Source of the DNA: Escherichia phage S143_2 | Strand: one strand, 5' to 3' | Length of the DNA: 64,000 bases | Sequence record: MZ189261.1 | Part shown: positions 53,468 through 64,000 of the stretch, piece after piece | How the letters are laid out: every line of letters starts with the position of its first letter | How positions within the stretch are numbered: position 1 is the stretch's first letter | The notes under the pieces: model-generated | Seen by the model: the letters and a program-made list of their open reading frames with translations, nothing else | Told to the model about the DNA's origin: nothing | Database searches by the model: none | Translations under genes and position numbers: made by a program

Positions 53468-53866
53468 TTACACTCTATTGCTTGACGCTAACTGAAGTTT
53501 AATTTGTTCAATATCGTCAGGGTTGTCTACGACCGAAAATCTAATCTCTACTATAACCGTATAGTCATCATATACTGGCGTTACACTTACAGAAAGTTTG
53601 TCGATGCGTGGTTCATAGTTACGAACAGCCGCCTGGATATTACGCTCAATCGTATCGGCTGTAAGTGGTGTCATGTTCTCGAAAAGTTCGTCGACCAAAT
53701 CGCATCCAAATTCAGGGTCGAAGGGGCGTGAGCCTTTTCTAGTTGTCACTATACCAAGAAGACTATTTTTAATAGAACGAAGTCCTACAGAACGAGCAAC
53801 GTCCTTGTTCCAATCCATACGCATTTCTGGGTCGATATCTGAATAAAGTTTATTGATATTAGACAT
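53468..53866 (-). CDS. 25: gp25 baseplate wedge
   Basis: 132 aa as T4 gp25. Confidence 0.92.
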   Translation of the reverse strand: MSNINKLYSDIDPEMRMDWNKDVARSVGLRSIKNSLLGIVTTRKGSRPFDPEFGCDLVDELFENMTPLTADTIERNIQAAVRNYEPRIDKLSVSVTPVYDDYTVIVEIRFSVVDNPDDIEQIKLQLASSNRV

Positions 53867-54492
53867 TATAGTAACTCAAAGAATTCTTTGAGGCCTCGTA
53901 TTGTGTGAACGTGTGACGCCCCACATTTGGGACATTTAATAGGGGTTGCCAGATAAATTGATGGCGATACTAAAAGATTTTTAATATTGATCATGTCATC
54001 TTCTGTTATAAGGCCGTAAAGGTCGTTTATTTCTGCTTCAGTTAAATCTTCAACAGGGATGGACTCTCCATTGACAAAAACGGCCTCAATACATGAAGCA
54101 ATCATTAATGCGATATTTTTATCGTCAAATAATTTAGGTTGACGGAACTTAATTTTAATACCACTAAACGAATACCAGGGATCGGCCTGTTCATCCAATT
54201 GAGTGTGCAATAAATTCATATAGACTTGAAATGAATGCCCACAGGAACAATTCCAGGTGTGTTCTTGATTCACTTCACCTAACGAATGTGCCCACAGATT
54301 TACCAACAATAGCTCGGCTTCTTGTTTAGTCAAGTTTTTAGCGTTAGAGCAATTAGTGATAATATTGTTCACTGCTGATTCAATAGTACCGGTAGCCCGC
54401 GCACCAATGAGTCCTAAATATTCTTTTAAAGTAAAGGCTCTACAATTCACTTCTTTATCGCCTAAACGTACGGTAAACGTATATTTGTACAT
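53866..54492 (-). CDS. 26: gp26 baseplate hub
   Basis: 208 aa as T4 gp26. Confidence 0.9.
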   Translation of the reverse strand: MYKYTFTVRLGDKEVNCRAFTLKEYLGLIGARATGTIESAVNNIITNCSNAKNLTKQEAELLLVNLWAHSLGEVNQEHTWNCSCGHSFQVYMNLLHTQLDEQADPWYSFSGIKIKFRQPKLFDDKNIALMIASCIEAVFVNGESIPVEDLTEAEINDLYGLITEDDMINIKNLLVSPSIYLATPIKCPKCGASHVHTIRGLKEFFELL

Positions 54493-54510
54493 GTTAACTC
54501 CTTTATTGTG

Positions 54511-54522
54511 TATTTATAAATA
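54511..54522. promoter_or_regulatory. overlapping divergent late promoters in TATTTATAAATA (minus for gene 26, plus for gene 51)
   Basis: TATAAATA readable on both strands, 4-nt offset. Confidence 0.65.
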
Positions 54523-54539
54523 ATAGAAAAGGAGTAATT

Positions 54540-55292
54540 ATGGCTAATATAATTCGTTGTAAATTACCGGATGGTGTTCATCGTTTTAAGCCGTTCACTG
54601 TGGCGGATTATAGAGACTTTTTACTAGTTAGAAATGATATCGAACATCGTTCGCCACAAGAACAAAAAGAAATAATTGCCGATCTGATTGATGATTATTT
54701 TGGCGAGTACCCTAAAACATGGCAACCATTTATATTCCTGCAAGTTTTTGCAGGCTCTATAGGCAAAACAAAAGTTCCCGTTATTTTCACTTGCCCTAAA
54801 TGCTCTAAAGAAAAAACTGCACCATTTGAGATATATCAAAAAGAACTAGTCGAACCTGAACTTGATGTTGCTGGTATAAAAATACGTTTTTCTTTCCCTG
54901 AAAAGTTTTATGACAATAAGGCATTAATGATAAGTGAAAACATAAAAGAAATATATTATAATGATGAATGGTACCCATGGAATGATTTGACTGAAGAGAA
55001 CCAAATCCAAGTAATAGAAGCAATAGACATTGACTCGCTCGAGAAGGTTATTGCTTCTATGAACCCTATTAATTTGACCCTTAGATTAGGTTGTTGTGAA
55101 CGTCATGTTAAAACATATACTGATATCTTAGAGGTTTTTAAATTGTTAGTTAACCCTGATGAGATTTTTACATTCTATCAGATAAACCATTCACTAGTAA
55201 AGAGTCAATACACATTGGATTCTATTATGCAAATGATTCCTGTTGAACGTGGTATTGCTTTAACATTAGTAGAAAAGGACCATAAAAAATGA
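54540..55292 (+). CDS. 51: gp51 baseplate hub assembly catalyst
   Basis: 250 aa (T4 249 aa). Confidence 0.88.
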   Translation: MANIIRCKLPDGVHRFKPFTVADYRDFLLVRNDIEHRSPQEQKEIIADLIDDYFGEYPKTWQPFIFLQVFAGSIGKTKVPVIFTCPKCSKEKTAPFEIYQKELVEPELDVAGIKIRFSFPEKFYDNKALMISENIKEIYYNDEWYPWNDLTEENQIQVIEAIDIDSLEKVIASMNPINLTLRLGCCERHVKTYTDILEVFKLLVNPDEIFTFYQINHSLVKSQYTLDSIMQMIPVERGIALTLVEKDHKK

Positions 55293-56461
55293 CAGTATTC
55301 CAACGTCCAGGATATCCTAACTTAAGCGTTAAATTATATCAAGATTATTCGGCTTGGCAAGAAAATAGATATGTTGAACTCGCAGCAACAATAACAACTT
55401 TAACCATGCGAGATTCGCTATATGGAAGAAATGAAGGGATTCTTCAATTTTATGACACTAAAAACATCCACACTAAAATGGATGGTAGACAGATAGTCCA
55501 AATCTCTGTTTCAAATTCAAACACACCTCTCCAAGTTAGAACTCGAATTTATGGATGTAGACATTATTCTGTGTCTGTGGACTCAAAAGGTGACAATATT
55601 ATTGCAATTGAGCTTGGAACAATACATTCTATAGAGAACCTTAAATTTGGGCGACCATTCTTCTCAGACGCAGGAGAATCTATACGTGAAATGTTAGGTG
55701 TCATATATAAAGACCGTACGTTAATTACTCCGCCAATAAACACTATTAATGCTTATGTTCCTGATATTCCTTGGACAAGCACATTTGATGATTATTTGGC
55801 ATATGTCAGAGAATTAGGACTTGCTACAGCGAGTGATAAGTTCGTATTCGTATGGCAAGATATTTTAGGCGTAAACATGATTGACTATGATACTCTTATT
55901 GGTCAGGAAGGCATTAAGATGGTTGTAGGTGAGCCAAATACTGTAGGTCAGTATATTCAAGAGCTTGAGTATCCATTAGTATGGGATTTCACCTGGATGA
56001 CTAAAGCTAACCAATTTACAAGAGACCCTATTAAAAACGCCACGATATTCGCTCATTCATTTTTAGATACATCTATTCCGGTTATTGTTACAGGCGATGG
56101 TGATAATGCTATTCTTGTGTCAAGATCAGGTGGATATTCCGAAATGACCTATCGTAATGGATTTGAAGAAGCAAGTCGTCTTCAGACAATGGCCCAATAT
56201 GACGGATATGCTAAATGCACTACTACAGGTAATTTTAACATAACGCCTGCTACTAAAATTATATTTGTTGACCAAAAGAACCAATTCAAATCCGAATTTT
56301 ACGTGGATGAAGTTATTCATGAGTTATCAAATAACAACTCACAAACTCATCTGTACATGTTTACCAACTCAATGGTGTTAGAACCTGTTAACCCAGTTAA
56401 GGTTAAAAATGAACTTAAATCTGATTCTACCTCTAAAGAAAATAATTCTACCACAGTCTAA
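55289..56461 (+). CDS. 27: gp27 baseplate hub
   Basis: 390 aa (T4 391 aa). Confidence 0.92.
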   Translation: MTVFQRPGYPNLSVKLYQDYSAWQENRYVELAATITTLTMRDSLYGRNEGILQFYDTKNIHTKMDGRQIVQISVSNSNTPLQVRTRIYGCRHYSVSVDSKGDNIIAIELGTIHSIENLKFGRPFFSDAGESIREMLGVIYKDRTLITPPINTINAYVPDIPWTSTFDDYLAYVRELGLATASDKFVFVWQDILGVNMIDYDTLIGQEGIKMVVGEPNTVGQYIQELEYPLVWDFTWMTKANQFTRDPIKNATIFAHSFLDTSIPVIVTGDGDNAILVSRSGGYSEMTYRNGFEEASRLQTMAQYDGYAKCTTTGNFNITPATKIIFVDQKNQFKSEFYVDEVIHELSNNNSQTHLYMFTNSMVLEPVNPVKVKNELKSDSTSKENNSTTV

Positions 56462-56942
56462 TAAAAAGGTAATGATTCCCAAATTAGGGCTTAAACATTA
56501 TAATCTTTTAAAGGACGTTAAAGGCCCTGACGAAAACATGAAAATCTTAGCTGATTCTATTTGTAAAAATATGAGTCCAGCAGATTTTGATTTTGCATGT
56601 CTACACATATTGGAATTTAATAATAAACTTAATTCTGAAGTTGAAAAAGATGGATTCACTTATAAACTAGATGACGTCTATGTATGCCAACGAACAGAAT
56701 TCCAATTTCAAGGTAATACTTTTTATTTTAGACCCCCAGGCAAATTTGAACAATTCGCTACAATCAGTGAAATGCTATCAAATTGCTTAATAAAAGTTAA
56801 TGACGAAGAGAAAGAAATTTCTTTCCTTGAGATGCCTGCTTTTGTAATCAAATGGGCAGAAGACCTTTCGACAACTATTGCTATTCCAGGCCCTAATGGC
56901 CCTATTAAGGGTATAGCAGAAATTATTGGATTGCTTGAATGA
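56409..56942 (+). CDS. 28: gp28 baseplate hub distal subunit
   Basis: 177 aa as T4 gp28; overlaps gene 27 3' end. Confidence 0.85.
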   Translation: MNLNLILPLKKIILPQSNKKVMIPKLGLKHYNLLKDVKGPDENMKILADSICKNMSPADFDFACLHILEFNNKLNSEVEKDGFTYKLDDVYVCQRTEFQFQGNTFYFRPPGKFEQFATISEMLSNCLIKVNDEEKEISFLEMPAFVIKWAEDLSTTIAIPGPNGPIKGIAEIIGLLE

Positions 56943-58711
56943 AACCTGAAGAAATGAAATCCATGCGTAGAAATAAGGTCATTGCCGATAATAAACCACA
57001 AAAAGTAGCTGCAACAGCAGCTACTGATTCATTAGAAGCATTGAATAACATTTCATCAAAACTGGACGATGTCCAAGCCGCGTCTGAACTCACATCACAA
57101 AGTGTAGAAGATAAAGGCAATGGAATTATTGAATCAATTGGAGACTTAAAGAATTCGACAGATAATACTGCTGAAGGCACAGAGCTTATCGCAGAAGTTA
57201 TTGAAAAACAAACTGAAGTCACTAAAAGTATAAACGAAGTTTCTAGTGCAATAAGCTCCAAGTTAGACCGATTAGCTACATTATTAGAGCAAAAATTACA
57301 AACATCTACCGCTATTCAAAATACAGGAGGCACCTCTCTTGAAGTAATTGAGAACGCAATACCTGTTAAAGTGGTTGAGAATGAAACTTATGATGAGCTG
57401 TTTAAAGCATTACCTACACCTGAAAAGATTGATAATAAGCCAGACGAAGATTTCTTCCCAGCCCCGGTTCAAGAAAGTGCTAATTCTACTTCCGATTCTA
57501 AAGGCGGGATTAGCTTTAAATTGAGCGATAAAATTGCAATGCTCACCAAAACAGTTCAAGCCGGGTTTAATAAATCAATATCAATTTCTGACAGAATTGC
57601 TGGAATGCTTTTCAAATACACTATAACGGCTGCTATTGAAGCAGCAAAAATGGCCGCACTTATTCTTGGTATTGTTATCGGTATTGATTTATTGATAGTC
57701 CATTTCAAATATTGGACAGACAAGTTCACTTCTGCCTGGGATTTATTTGATGAAAACTTTACTAAATTCTCCGATGAAGCTAAAGAGTGGGGTAAATTCT
57801 TAAGTGATATATTCACTTCTATTGACTCTATAAAACAATTGTGGGAAGCTGGAGACTGGGGTGGTTTAACCGTTGCTATTGTCAAAGGTGTAGGAACAGC
57901 GTTAATGAACTTAGGTGAACTAATTCAATTAGGAATGGCTAAACTCTCTGCGTCTATATTGCGTGCTATAGGTTTTGGTGATACCGCAGACGAAATAGAA
58001 GGACGTGCTTTGGAAGGATTCCAAGAAACTACTGGGAACAAATTAAAGAAAGAAGACCAAGAGAAAGTCGCTAAATATCAAATGAAGCGTGACGATGGGG
58101 AATTAGGAACCGTTTCTAAAGGTCTTGATATGTTACAACGCGGCAAAACATTCGTTACTAACTGGGTTCGTGGTAATGACAATAAAGAAGAGTTTAGTAC
58201 AAGCGATGAGCGTGCTGCGGAATCGGCAAAATTAAAAGAGTTACCTGAAGAGGAGCGTAAAGAGGCGTATATAAAAGCTAATGAAACTCGTGCGGCACTG
58301 GTTAGATTTGAGGATTATATCGATAAAATCGATATGACTAATCCGGAAAATGCTAAAAACGTCGAGAAGTCTTATGCTGATTTAAGTAAACTTATTAAAG
58401 ACCCTGAACTTAATAAAACTCCTGTTGTTAAAAAGGAATTAGATGCTAGATTTGAAAAGCTAAATAATAAAATGGCTGAAGCCAAAAAGGCTCAGACAAC
58501 AGTTAAGCCTGAATCTTCGACTAAATCTCCGGAAGCAAAACAAGTTCAGTCAATAGAGAAAGGACGTGCTTCTGAATCTAAACAACAGCAACCGGTAGCG
58601 GCGATTAGTAACACAAATAATGTCGTCAAAAAGAATACCGTAGTCCAGAATATGACCCCTGTAACAAGTACAACGGCTCCTGGAATTTTCCATGCCACCG
58701 GTGTTAATTAA
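56939..58711 (+). CDS. 29: gp29 tail tape measure / baseplate hub
   Basis: 590 aa as T4 gp29. Confidence 0.9.
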   Translation: MKPEEMKSMRRNKVIADNKPQKVAATAATDSLEALNNISSKLDDVQAASELTSQSVEDKGNGIIESIGDLKNSTDNTAEGTELIAEVIEKQTEVTKSINEVSSAISSKLDRLATLLEQKLQTSTAIQNTGGTSLEVIENAIPVKVVENETYDELFKALPTPEKIDNKPDEDFFPAPVQESANSTSDSKGGISFKLSDKIAMLTKTVQAGFNKSISISDRIAGMLFKYTITAAIEAAKMAALILGIVIGIDLLIVHFKYWTDKFTSAWDLFDENFTKFSDEAKEWGKFLSDIFTSIDSIKQLWEAGDWGGLTVAIVKGVGTALMNLGELIQLGMAKLSASILRAIGFGDTADEIEGRALEGFQETTGNKLKKEDQEKVAKYQMKRDDGELGTVSKGLDMLQRGKTFVTNWVRGNDNKEEFSTSDERAAESAKLKELPEEERKEAYIKANETRAALVRFEDYIDKIDMTNPENAKNVEKSYADLSKLIKDPELNKTPVVKKELDARFEKLNNKMAEAKKAQTTVKPESSTKSPEAKQVQSIEKGRASESKQQQPVAAISNTNNVVKKNTVVQNMTPVTSTTAPGIFHATGVN

Positions 58712-58719
58712 GGATTATT

Positions 58720-59829
58720 ATGATTAGTGTAAAAGAAATAGTAGTAGATGCAAAGGATTTAAATAAAGCAATCCCAGTCTCAGAAAGTGCTGGGCAAAGC
58801 ACTAAAACCGAAACAACTACTAAAACTTATGTTGCTCAATTTCCTACAGGAAGAGCAGCCGGAAATGACTCCACAGGAGACTTCCAGGTAACAGACCTTT
58901 ATAAGAATGGATTATTATTTACCGCGTACAATATGTCTGCACGCGATTCAGGATCCCTCAGGAATTTACGTCCGGCATACGCCGGCACTTCATCTAACGG
59001 TATCATATCAGATTTAACTGATAATGTGAAAGATGCAGTGACTAAATTCTCTAATGGGTTGCTTCCTGCTGGAGCTAATAAACCTACTATAAATAAAACT
59101 CCTGTTGCTAATATACTTTTGCCACGTTCCAAATCTGACGTTGATACAACTTCACATCGTTTTAATGATGTTGGTGATAGCCTTATTACTAAAGGTGGAG
59201 GTACTGCTACGGGTGTTTTAAGTAACATTGCTTCTACTGCAGTTTTTGGTGCATTAGATTCTATTACTCAAGGGCTTATGGCTGATAATAACGAACAGAT
59301 TTATACGACTTCTCGTAGTATGTATGGCGGTGCAGAGAACCGTACTAAAGTCTTTACATGGGATTTAACTCCGCGTTCAACTGAAGACCTTATGGCTATT
59401 ATAAACATTTACCAGTATTTTAACTATTTCTCATATGGTGAGACCGGTAAATCACAATACGCCCAAGAGATTAAAAGTTATTTAGACGAATGGTACCGTT
59501 CAACGTTTATTGAGCCTATGACGCCTGATGATGCAGTAAAAAATAAGACATTGTTTGAAAAGATTACTGCGTCATTAACAAATGTATTAGTTGTAAGCAA
59601 CCCTACAATTTGGATGGTTAAAAACTTTGGTTATACGTCTAAATTTGATGGATTAACTGACGTATTTGGCCCATGTCAAATTCAAAGCGTACGTTTTGAT
59701 AAAACTCCAAATGGACAATTTAATGGTCTTGCTGTTGCTCCTAACTTACCGTCAACATTTACGTTAGAGATAACAATGCGAGAAATTATTACATTAAACC
59801 GTTCTTCACTTTATGCGGGGACTTTCTAA
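58720..59829 (+). CDS. 48: gp48 baseplate tail-tube cap
   Basis: 369 aa (T4 364 aa). Confidence 0.88.
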   Translation: MISVKEIVVDAKDLNKAIPVSESAGQSTKTETTTKTYVAQFPTGRAAGNDSTGDFQVTDLYKNGLLFTAYNMSARDSGSLRNLRPAYAGTSSNGIISDLTDNVKDAVTKFSNGLLPAGANKPTINKTPVANILLPRSKSDVDTTSHRFNDVGDSLITKGGGTATGVLSNIASTAVFGALDSITQGLMADNNEQIYTTSRSMYGGAENRTKVFTWDLTPRSTEDLMAIINIYQYFNYFSYGETGKSQYAQEIKSYLDEWYRSTFIEPMTPDDAVKNKTLFEKITASLTNVLVVSNPTIWMVKNFGYTSKFDGLTDVFGPCQIQSVRFDKTPNGQFNGLAVAPNLPSTFTLEITMREIITLNRSSLYAGTF

Positions 59830-60791
59830 TGTACTCTTTAGAAGAATTTAATAATCAAGCTATAAATGCAGATTTCCAACGAAACAATATGTTTAGTTGT
59901 GTATTTGCTACTACACCATCAACCAAATCGTCTTCACTAATTTCGTCAATTGGTAGTTTTGCTTATAATAACTTAGGGTTGGATTCTGATTGGTTAGGAT
60001 TGACTCAAGGTGATATCAATCAGGGCGTAACAACCCTGATTACAGCAGGAACACAGAAATTAATTCGAAAATCAGGTGTAAGTAAATATCTGATTGGAGC
60101 AATGAGTCAACGTACGGTACAAAGCTTGTTAGGCGAGTTCACAGTAGGATCTTATCTGATAGACTTCTTCAATATGGCATATAATAATACAGGTTTAATG
60201 ATTTATTCTGTAAAAATGCCTGAGAACCGATTATCTTATGAAACAGATTTCAACCATAACTCCCCGAACATCCGAATTACCGGCCGTGAAATGGACCCGT
60301 TAGTAATAAGCTTTAGAATGGATTCCGAAGCATCTAACTTTAGAGCAATGCAAGACTGGGTAAACTCAGTCCAAGACCCTGTAACAGGTCTTCGTGCTTT
60401 ACCACAAGACGTCGAAGCAGATATTCAGGTTAATTTACATGCACGAAATGGTTTACCGCATACCGCTGTCATGTTCACCGGATGTATTCCTGTTAGTGTC
60501 TCTTCTCCTGAGTTAACGTATGATGGTGATAATCAGATAACAGTTTTTGATGTAACATTTGCTTATCGCGTTATGCAATCAGGTGCTGTAAATAGACAGG
60601 CTGCTTTAGAATGGCTGGAATCAGGACTTATTAGTAGTGTTTCAGGAATGTTTGGAAATAATCAGAATGATTCTGGTCTAGGAAGTGCGGTATCAAGACT
60701 TTCTAGATTAGGTGGGACTGCCGGAGGTGTGTCTAATATAAACACATTGACAGGTGTGGTGAATTCTGCGTCAAGAGTTTTAGGACTATAA
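59829..60791 (+). CDS. 54: gp54 baseplate tail-tube initiator
   Basis: 320 aa as T4 gp54. Confidence 0.9.
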   Translation: MYSLEEFNNQAINADFQRNNMFSCVFATTPSTKSSSLISSIGSFAYNNLGLDSDWLGLTQGDINQGVTTLITAGTQKLIRKSGVSKYLIGAMSQRTVQSLLGEFTVGSYLIDFFNMAYNNTGLMIYSVKMPENRLSYETDFNHNSPNIRITGREMDPLVISFRMDSEASNFRAMQDWVNSVQDPVTGLRALPQDVEADIQVNLHARNGLPHTAVMFTGCIPVSVSSPELTYDGDNQITVFDVTFAYRVMQSGAVNRQAALEWLESGLISSVSGMFGNNQNDSGLGSAVSRLSRLGGTAGGVSNINTLTGVVNSASRVLGL

Positions 60792-60792
60792 A

Positions 60793-60829
60793 GAAAAAGG
60801 GAGACAACGTCTCCCTTTAGGGGTTTATT
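60793..60829. terminator. bidirectional terminator after gene 54
   Basis: AAAAAGGGAGACAACGTCTCCCTTT. Confidence 0.75.
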
Positions 60830-61118
60830 TACGGAATGAAAGGAATGCTGGTGCTCGGAATGGAGTATCATCTTTAGAGTATTTAACTAATACGACCATT
60901 GGTACCTCTGTTTCTAAATGACCCGTCACTACACCGACAAAAATTTGATCAGTGTGTTCAGGGTCACGAAAGTTTTTAAGAGGTTCCATAGCAATATGGA
61001 ATGCACCTGGGAATACTCGATTCAATTCGTCAATCACAGCTTCGTTAAAAGCATCATCCGCTGGGATAACATCTTCAACTACTAGTTCTTGACCATTAAA
61101 GCGAAGCATAGATTTCAT
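60825..61118 (-). CDS. hypothetical protein (about 97 aa), alt-downstream ORF
   Basis: Start trimmed to ATG 61118 with GAGGAAAA SD; early promoter at 61147-61177. Confidence 0.5.
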   Translation of the reverse strand: MKSMLRFNGQELVVEDVIPADDAFNEAVIDELNRVFPGAFHIAMEPLKNFRDPEHTDQIFVGVVTGHLETEVPMVVLVKYSKDDTPFRAPAFLSFRK

Positions 61119-61176
61119 AACGTTTTCCTCATGTTGTTGATGGGATGATAGTATCACACATCCATGTGTTTGTAAA

Positions 61177-63264
61177 CTATCCTTGGACAAATTTAAACGG
61201 AACTGATTCTAAATCCATTAAAGATGCTAACAATTTCAATCCTTTAGGAGCACTAGTTTTTTCTACAAATGAGGAGAACGATATCGGCTCATCTGATTCG
61301 ATTTCACCCGTCATAGCAACCACCTCACCTGTTTCCATGAGAACATCACCGTCGTAAATGACAGCTTCGTCCAACTGGTCTGAGGACATGACTTCAGCTT
61401 GAATAAATTTAAGGTTGGATTCTAAACCTGCACCAGTGTCAGATGACGCATCTGTAATTTTATTTATCTGCAAGAGAATGCCTCTAGGCAAAATAATTTC
61501 TTGCTCATTAGGGTGATTACTCAACTGTCCAGGATAAATCACGTTAACTTTATGGGCGCCATCAATAGCCCATCCAACGTTAACACGGATTTGGTCTGGT
61601 GCATGCATAGCTGTTCTTACTTGACTAGGAGAAATAGTAACACCTTCGTCATTATTGTCAATGTTAAGCTCTTTGCGAACTTCTTCAGGAGCAAGTCCAA
61701 GGGCAACGTTCTCTTTAAACCCACCAAAAATAATAGGAGCTAGTGAAGTAGAAACATAGTTTCTGAAGTAGAATACCTTATTTTTAACCATTGCTTCGTA
61801 AATAGGCATTCTGATAGACTGGGCTCTATATAACGTTAGTCCTTCAGGTAAACGGTCTCCATTTAAAAACGCTGAATCAAGACCATCAATAGCGCGTTTA
61901 ACTTCATCTTCATCTGCAACATCGTAAAAATCTGGTTTATAACGACCTAACAACATATTATTGATATCCGTATACGCAGAAGAGGCATATTCACGAATAG
62001 CTCGTTTTTCAGCAACAGAGTATTGATTAGGGACCCGATTCATTGTTATATTAAAGGTGCCTCTAGCCGATTCTCGTGCATAAGTATACATCACATTAGA
62101 CAAGAACGCTGATTTACGTTGTTTCCAAGTTCTTTCAGATACTTCAGCTAAAACGTCGTCGGGCAGTTGGAAATTATCACGTCTAAAATCTTCAAACCAT
62201 TCGTCTTTAATAGAGTCTGCAATTTCATTTGCAGCTTCGACAAAAGCAGCTAATGCTTTAACAGATGTTGTTTTTTCAGTTTTAATTTTCTTAGCAAACT
62301 TTTCTAAAGTTGGCTTAATAACACTACCATAAGAAACTTCATCAGCAAATCTAAAGGATTCATCAATACGATTATAAATCTTATTTTCGATATCAGCAAC
62401 TAAAGTGCCTTTTGCTGTGGACGATGCTTGGGCTAGTACGATTTCATATGCTTCAGGAAGTAATTCGGCTGTAGCTGGGCCACTAACTTCTTTAGCAGAA
62501 TTTTCGTATTTCTGGAATAACTCACCTTCTTGGCGGTCAGCTTCTAAAGATTGACTTGCTGCAATAGCACGACGAGAAATTTTAGTACGAGCAATAACAG
62601 GCTTATCTTTACGTTTTTCTTCTACCGCAGCAATAGAACCAGCGATAGCCGTTTCTTTGGTGACCATTTCGCCAGTCTTTTTACTCACATAAACTTCGCC
62701 AACATCAGAATCTACTTTCGTGTACAACTCTGTGTTAATGTTAGGGATGCCTTTAATATCTTCAATGTTGGCATTTTTACGAACCATCATCACATAGGTG
62801 TGTTTACCTGTGAATTGATACATTGCCGACAATACTTTAAAACGACCACCGGTTTTAGTAGAAACTAAACGAGCAAGAAGAGTTTGAAGCTGCTGTCCGC
62901 GTCCTTTCAATTTCTTGGTAGGGAATCGGAATAGAACTGCATCCATACGAAGAGCTTTAACCTGTTCATATACTGTATTGAAAATGGTGTTGATTGCATC
63001 AATAGGAGCAGGACCAAGGCCATTTTTCAATTCAGCGAGATTGCCCTTTTCAGATAGACTCATAATAACAACATGAGCGTATTTGTCGCCAAGTTTAACT
63101 TGTTTTACAGCATCACCTTCGGAAAGGTAAGAGAATAAGCGAACTACGATGTTTGTATCGATATCACCAATTTTCCAGACTTGTGGAACTTTAGCTTTAG
63201 GGTTCAAATTGACGACAGGAAGACTGCCTTCAGATTCAAACACTTCATTTAATTGTTCAGACAT
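61177..63264 (-). CDS. alt: Alt ADP-ribosyltransferase (packaged, injected)
   Basis: 695 aa (T4 Alt 682 aa); position between gene 54 and gene 30. Confidence 0.85.
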   Translation of the reverse strand: MSEQLNEVFESEGSLPVVNLNPKAKVPQVWKIGDIDTNIVVRLFSYLSEGDAVKQVKLGDKYAHVVIMSLSEKGNLAELKNGLGPAPIDAINTIFNTVYEQVKALRMDAVLFRFPTKKLKGRGQQLQTLLARLVSTKTGGRFKVLSAMYQFTGKHTYVMMVRKNANIEDIKGIPNINTELYTKVDSDVGEVYVSKKTGEMVTKETAIAGSIAAVEEKRKDKPVIARTKISRRAIAASQSLEADRQEGELFQKYENSAKEVSGPATAELLPEAYEIVLAQASSTAKGTLVADIENKIYNRIDESFRFADEVSYGSVIKPTLEKFAKKIKTEKTTSVKALAAFVEAANEIADSIKDEWFEDFRRDNFQLPDDVLAEVSERTWKQRKSAFLSNVMYTYARESARGTFNITMNRVPNQYSVAEKRAIREYASSAYTDINNMLLGRYKPDFYDVADEDEVKRAIDGLDSAFLNGDRLPEGLTLYRAQSIRMPIYEAMVKNKVFYFRNYVSTSLAPIIFGGFKENVALGLAPEEVRKELNIDNNDEGVTISPSQVRTAMHAPDQIRVNVGWAIDGAHKVNVIYPGQLSNHPNEQEIILPRGILLQINKITDASSDTGAGLESNLKFIQAEVMSSDQLDEAVIYDGDVLMETGEVVAMTGEIESDEPISFSSFVEKTSAPKGLKLLASLMDLESVPFKFVQG

Positions 63265-63297
63265 AGTGTTTTCCTTTTAGTAATAATTTATATTTAT

Positions 63298-63320
63298 GCC
63301 AAAAAGAGCCCGAAGGCTCT
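63298..63320 (-). terminator. rho-independent terminator (minus strand)
   Basis: Minus strand AAGAGCCTTCGGGCTCTT followed by TTTGG. Confidence 0.6.
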
Positions 63321-63508
63321 TAATCCACAATCGGGAGCAAAGTACGATAAACTTCAAAATTAGGGCCTTTTTCGTACCCATTAACGTTATCTACGAAAAC
63401 CCGATACGAATTTTCATTAGGAAAATCTAATATAATCTGAGAGCAAGAGGTGGAAACATCTCCACCATCCTTCTTAGCTACAATAACTGTTTCTAAATAA
63501 GCTTTCAT
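63320..63508 (-). CDS. hypothetical protein (about 62 aa)
   Basis: Start trimmed to ATG 63508, TAATG overlap with the gene 30 stop. Confidence 0.45.
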   Translation of the reverse strand: MKAYLETVIVAKKDGGDVSTSCSQIILDFPNENSYRVFVDNVNGYEKGPNFEVYRTLLPIVD

Positions 63509-64000
63509 TATAAACCTGTCTGGGACCACGGTCCAAATACGTCTTCAAACGAATCCGCTTCTGTTTTATCAAAACGGAACCCTTTAATAATTGGAAGGAA
63601 AATACCTACAGTACCTTCACGGCCTTTAGAATGAACCCAACCATTACATTCACAATCAGCGATACGTCCAATTAATTTACCTTCACGAGCTTCGGTCATT
63701 AATCGTTCACGGTCTAAATCATGACGCTCGTCTAAAGGAATAAGAACCTTTACACCGTCAACTGTTTTATGAGTTGTATCTTTAAACCCTGAACCACAAT
63801 CGGTTGTAATACGACGACAACGTGATACGAGTTCGACACCACCTAATTTGTTAGGGTCTTTAGAGTGTTCATAGTATCCTACAACTTCTAAAGCGATATC
63901 AATAACTTCTTTAAATTTAATTAGGTTCTTAGAGCGTTTGTTTTCCCAATATGAATCACGGTTTTTAAGGATAATACCTTCAAGACCTTGGTCAACATAT
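63508..64000 (-). CDS. 30: DNA ligase, C-terminal part (5' end outside window)
   Basis: Frame open to window edge; ...GKLIGRIADCECNGWVHSKGREGTVGIFLPIIKGFRFDKTEADSFEDVFG resembles T4 DNA ligase C-terminus as recalled. Confidence 0.85.
   Translation of the reverse strand, partial: YVDQGLEGIILKNRDSYWENKRSKNLIKFKEVIDIALEVVGYYEHSKDPNKLGGVELVSRCRRITTDCGSGFKDTTHKTVDGVKVLIPLDERHDLDRERLMTEAREGKLIGRIADCECNGWVHSKGREGTVGIFLPIIKGFRFDKTEADSFEDVFGPWSQTGL

Noticed and set aside
52974-53468. 164-aa N-terminally extended uvsY ORF
   Set aside because: Homology to UvsY begins at the internal Met (MKLEDLQ); the extension overlaps gene 25.

Overview
This window reads as a contiguous segment of a T4-like (Tequatrovirus-type) myovirus genome, syntenic with T4 from denV/e through the tRNA cluster and the tail, baseplate, neck, terminase and head genes to alt and the 3' end of DNA ligase (gene 30). 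Gene names are assigned from my recollection of T4 protein sequences, lengths and gene order; no database search was run. Coordinates of several genes were trimmed from the ORF track to an internal ATG with a Shine-Dalgarno sequence, because the track uses alternative start codons. Coordinates 1-13450 (minus strand) are accessory: six genes with the T4 internal-protein capsid-targeting N-terminus, denV, lysozyme e, nudE, about 20 small ORFs of unknown function including four small membrane proteins, a tandem paralog triplet, a 318-aa and a 228-aa protein, and a 10-gene tRNA array. The e-to-tRNA interval is about 8.4 kb, against roughly 3.5 kb as I recall it in T4. Coordinates 13458-60791 are the conserved late cluster with TATAAATA late promoters and hairpin terminators, interrupted by one extra ORF between genes 13 and 14 that looks like a homing endonuclease. 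The most unusual signals are a recurring E-x-F-I-K-E-C-R coding motif at consecutive gene junctions, repeated early-promoter/stem-loop cassettes, the expanded set of capsid-targeted proteins, and Tyr and Asn tRNAs where T4 carries two small stable RNAs. I could not identify a single named novel system; the accessory block at 2262-8800 is the best candidate region.
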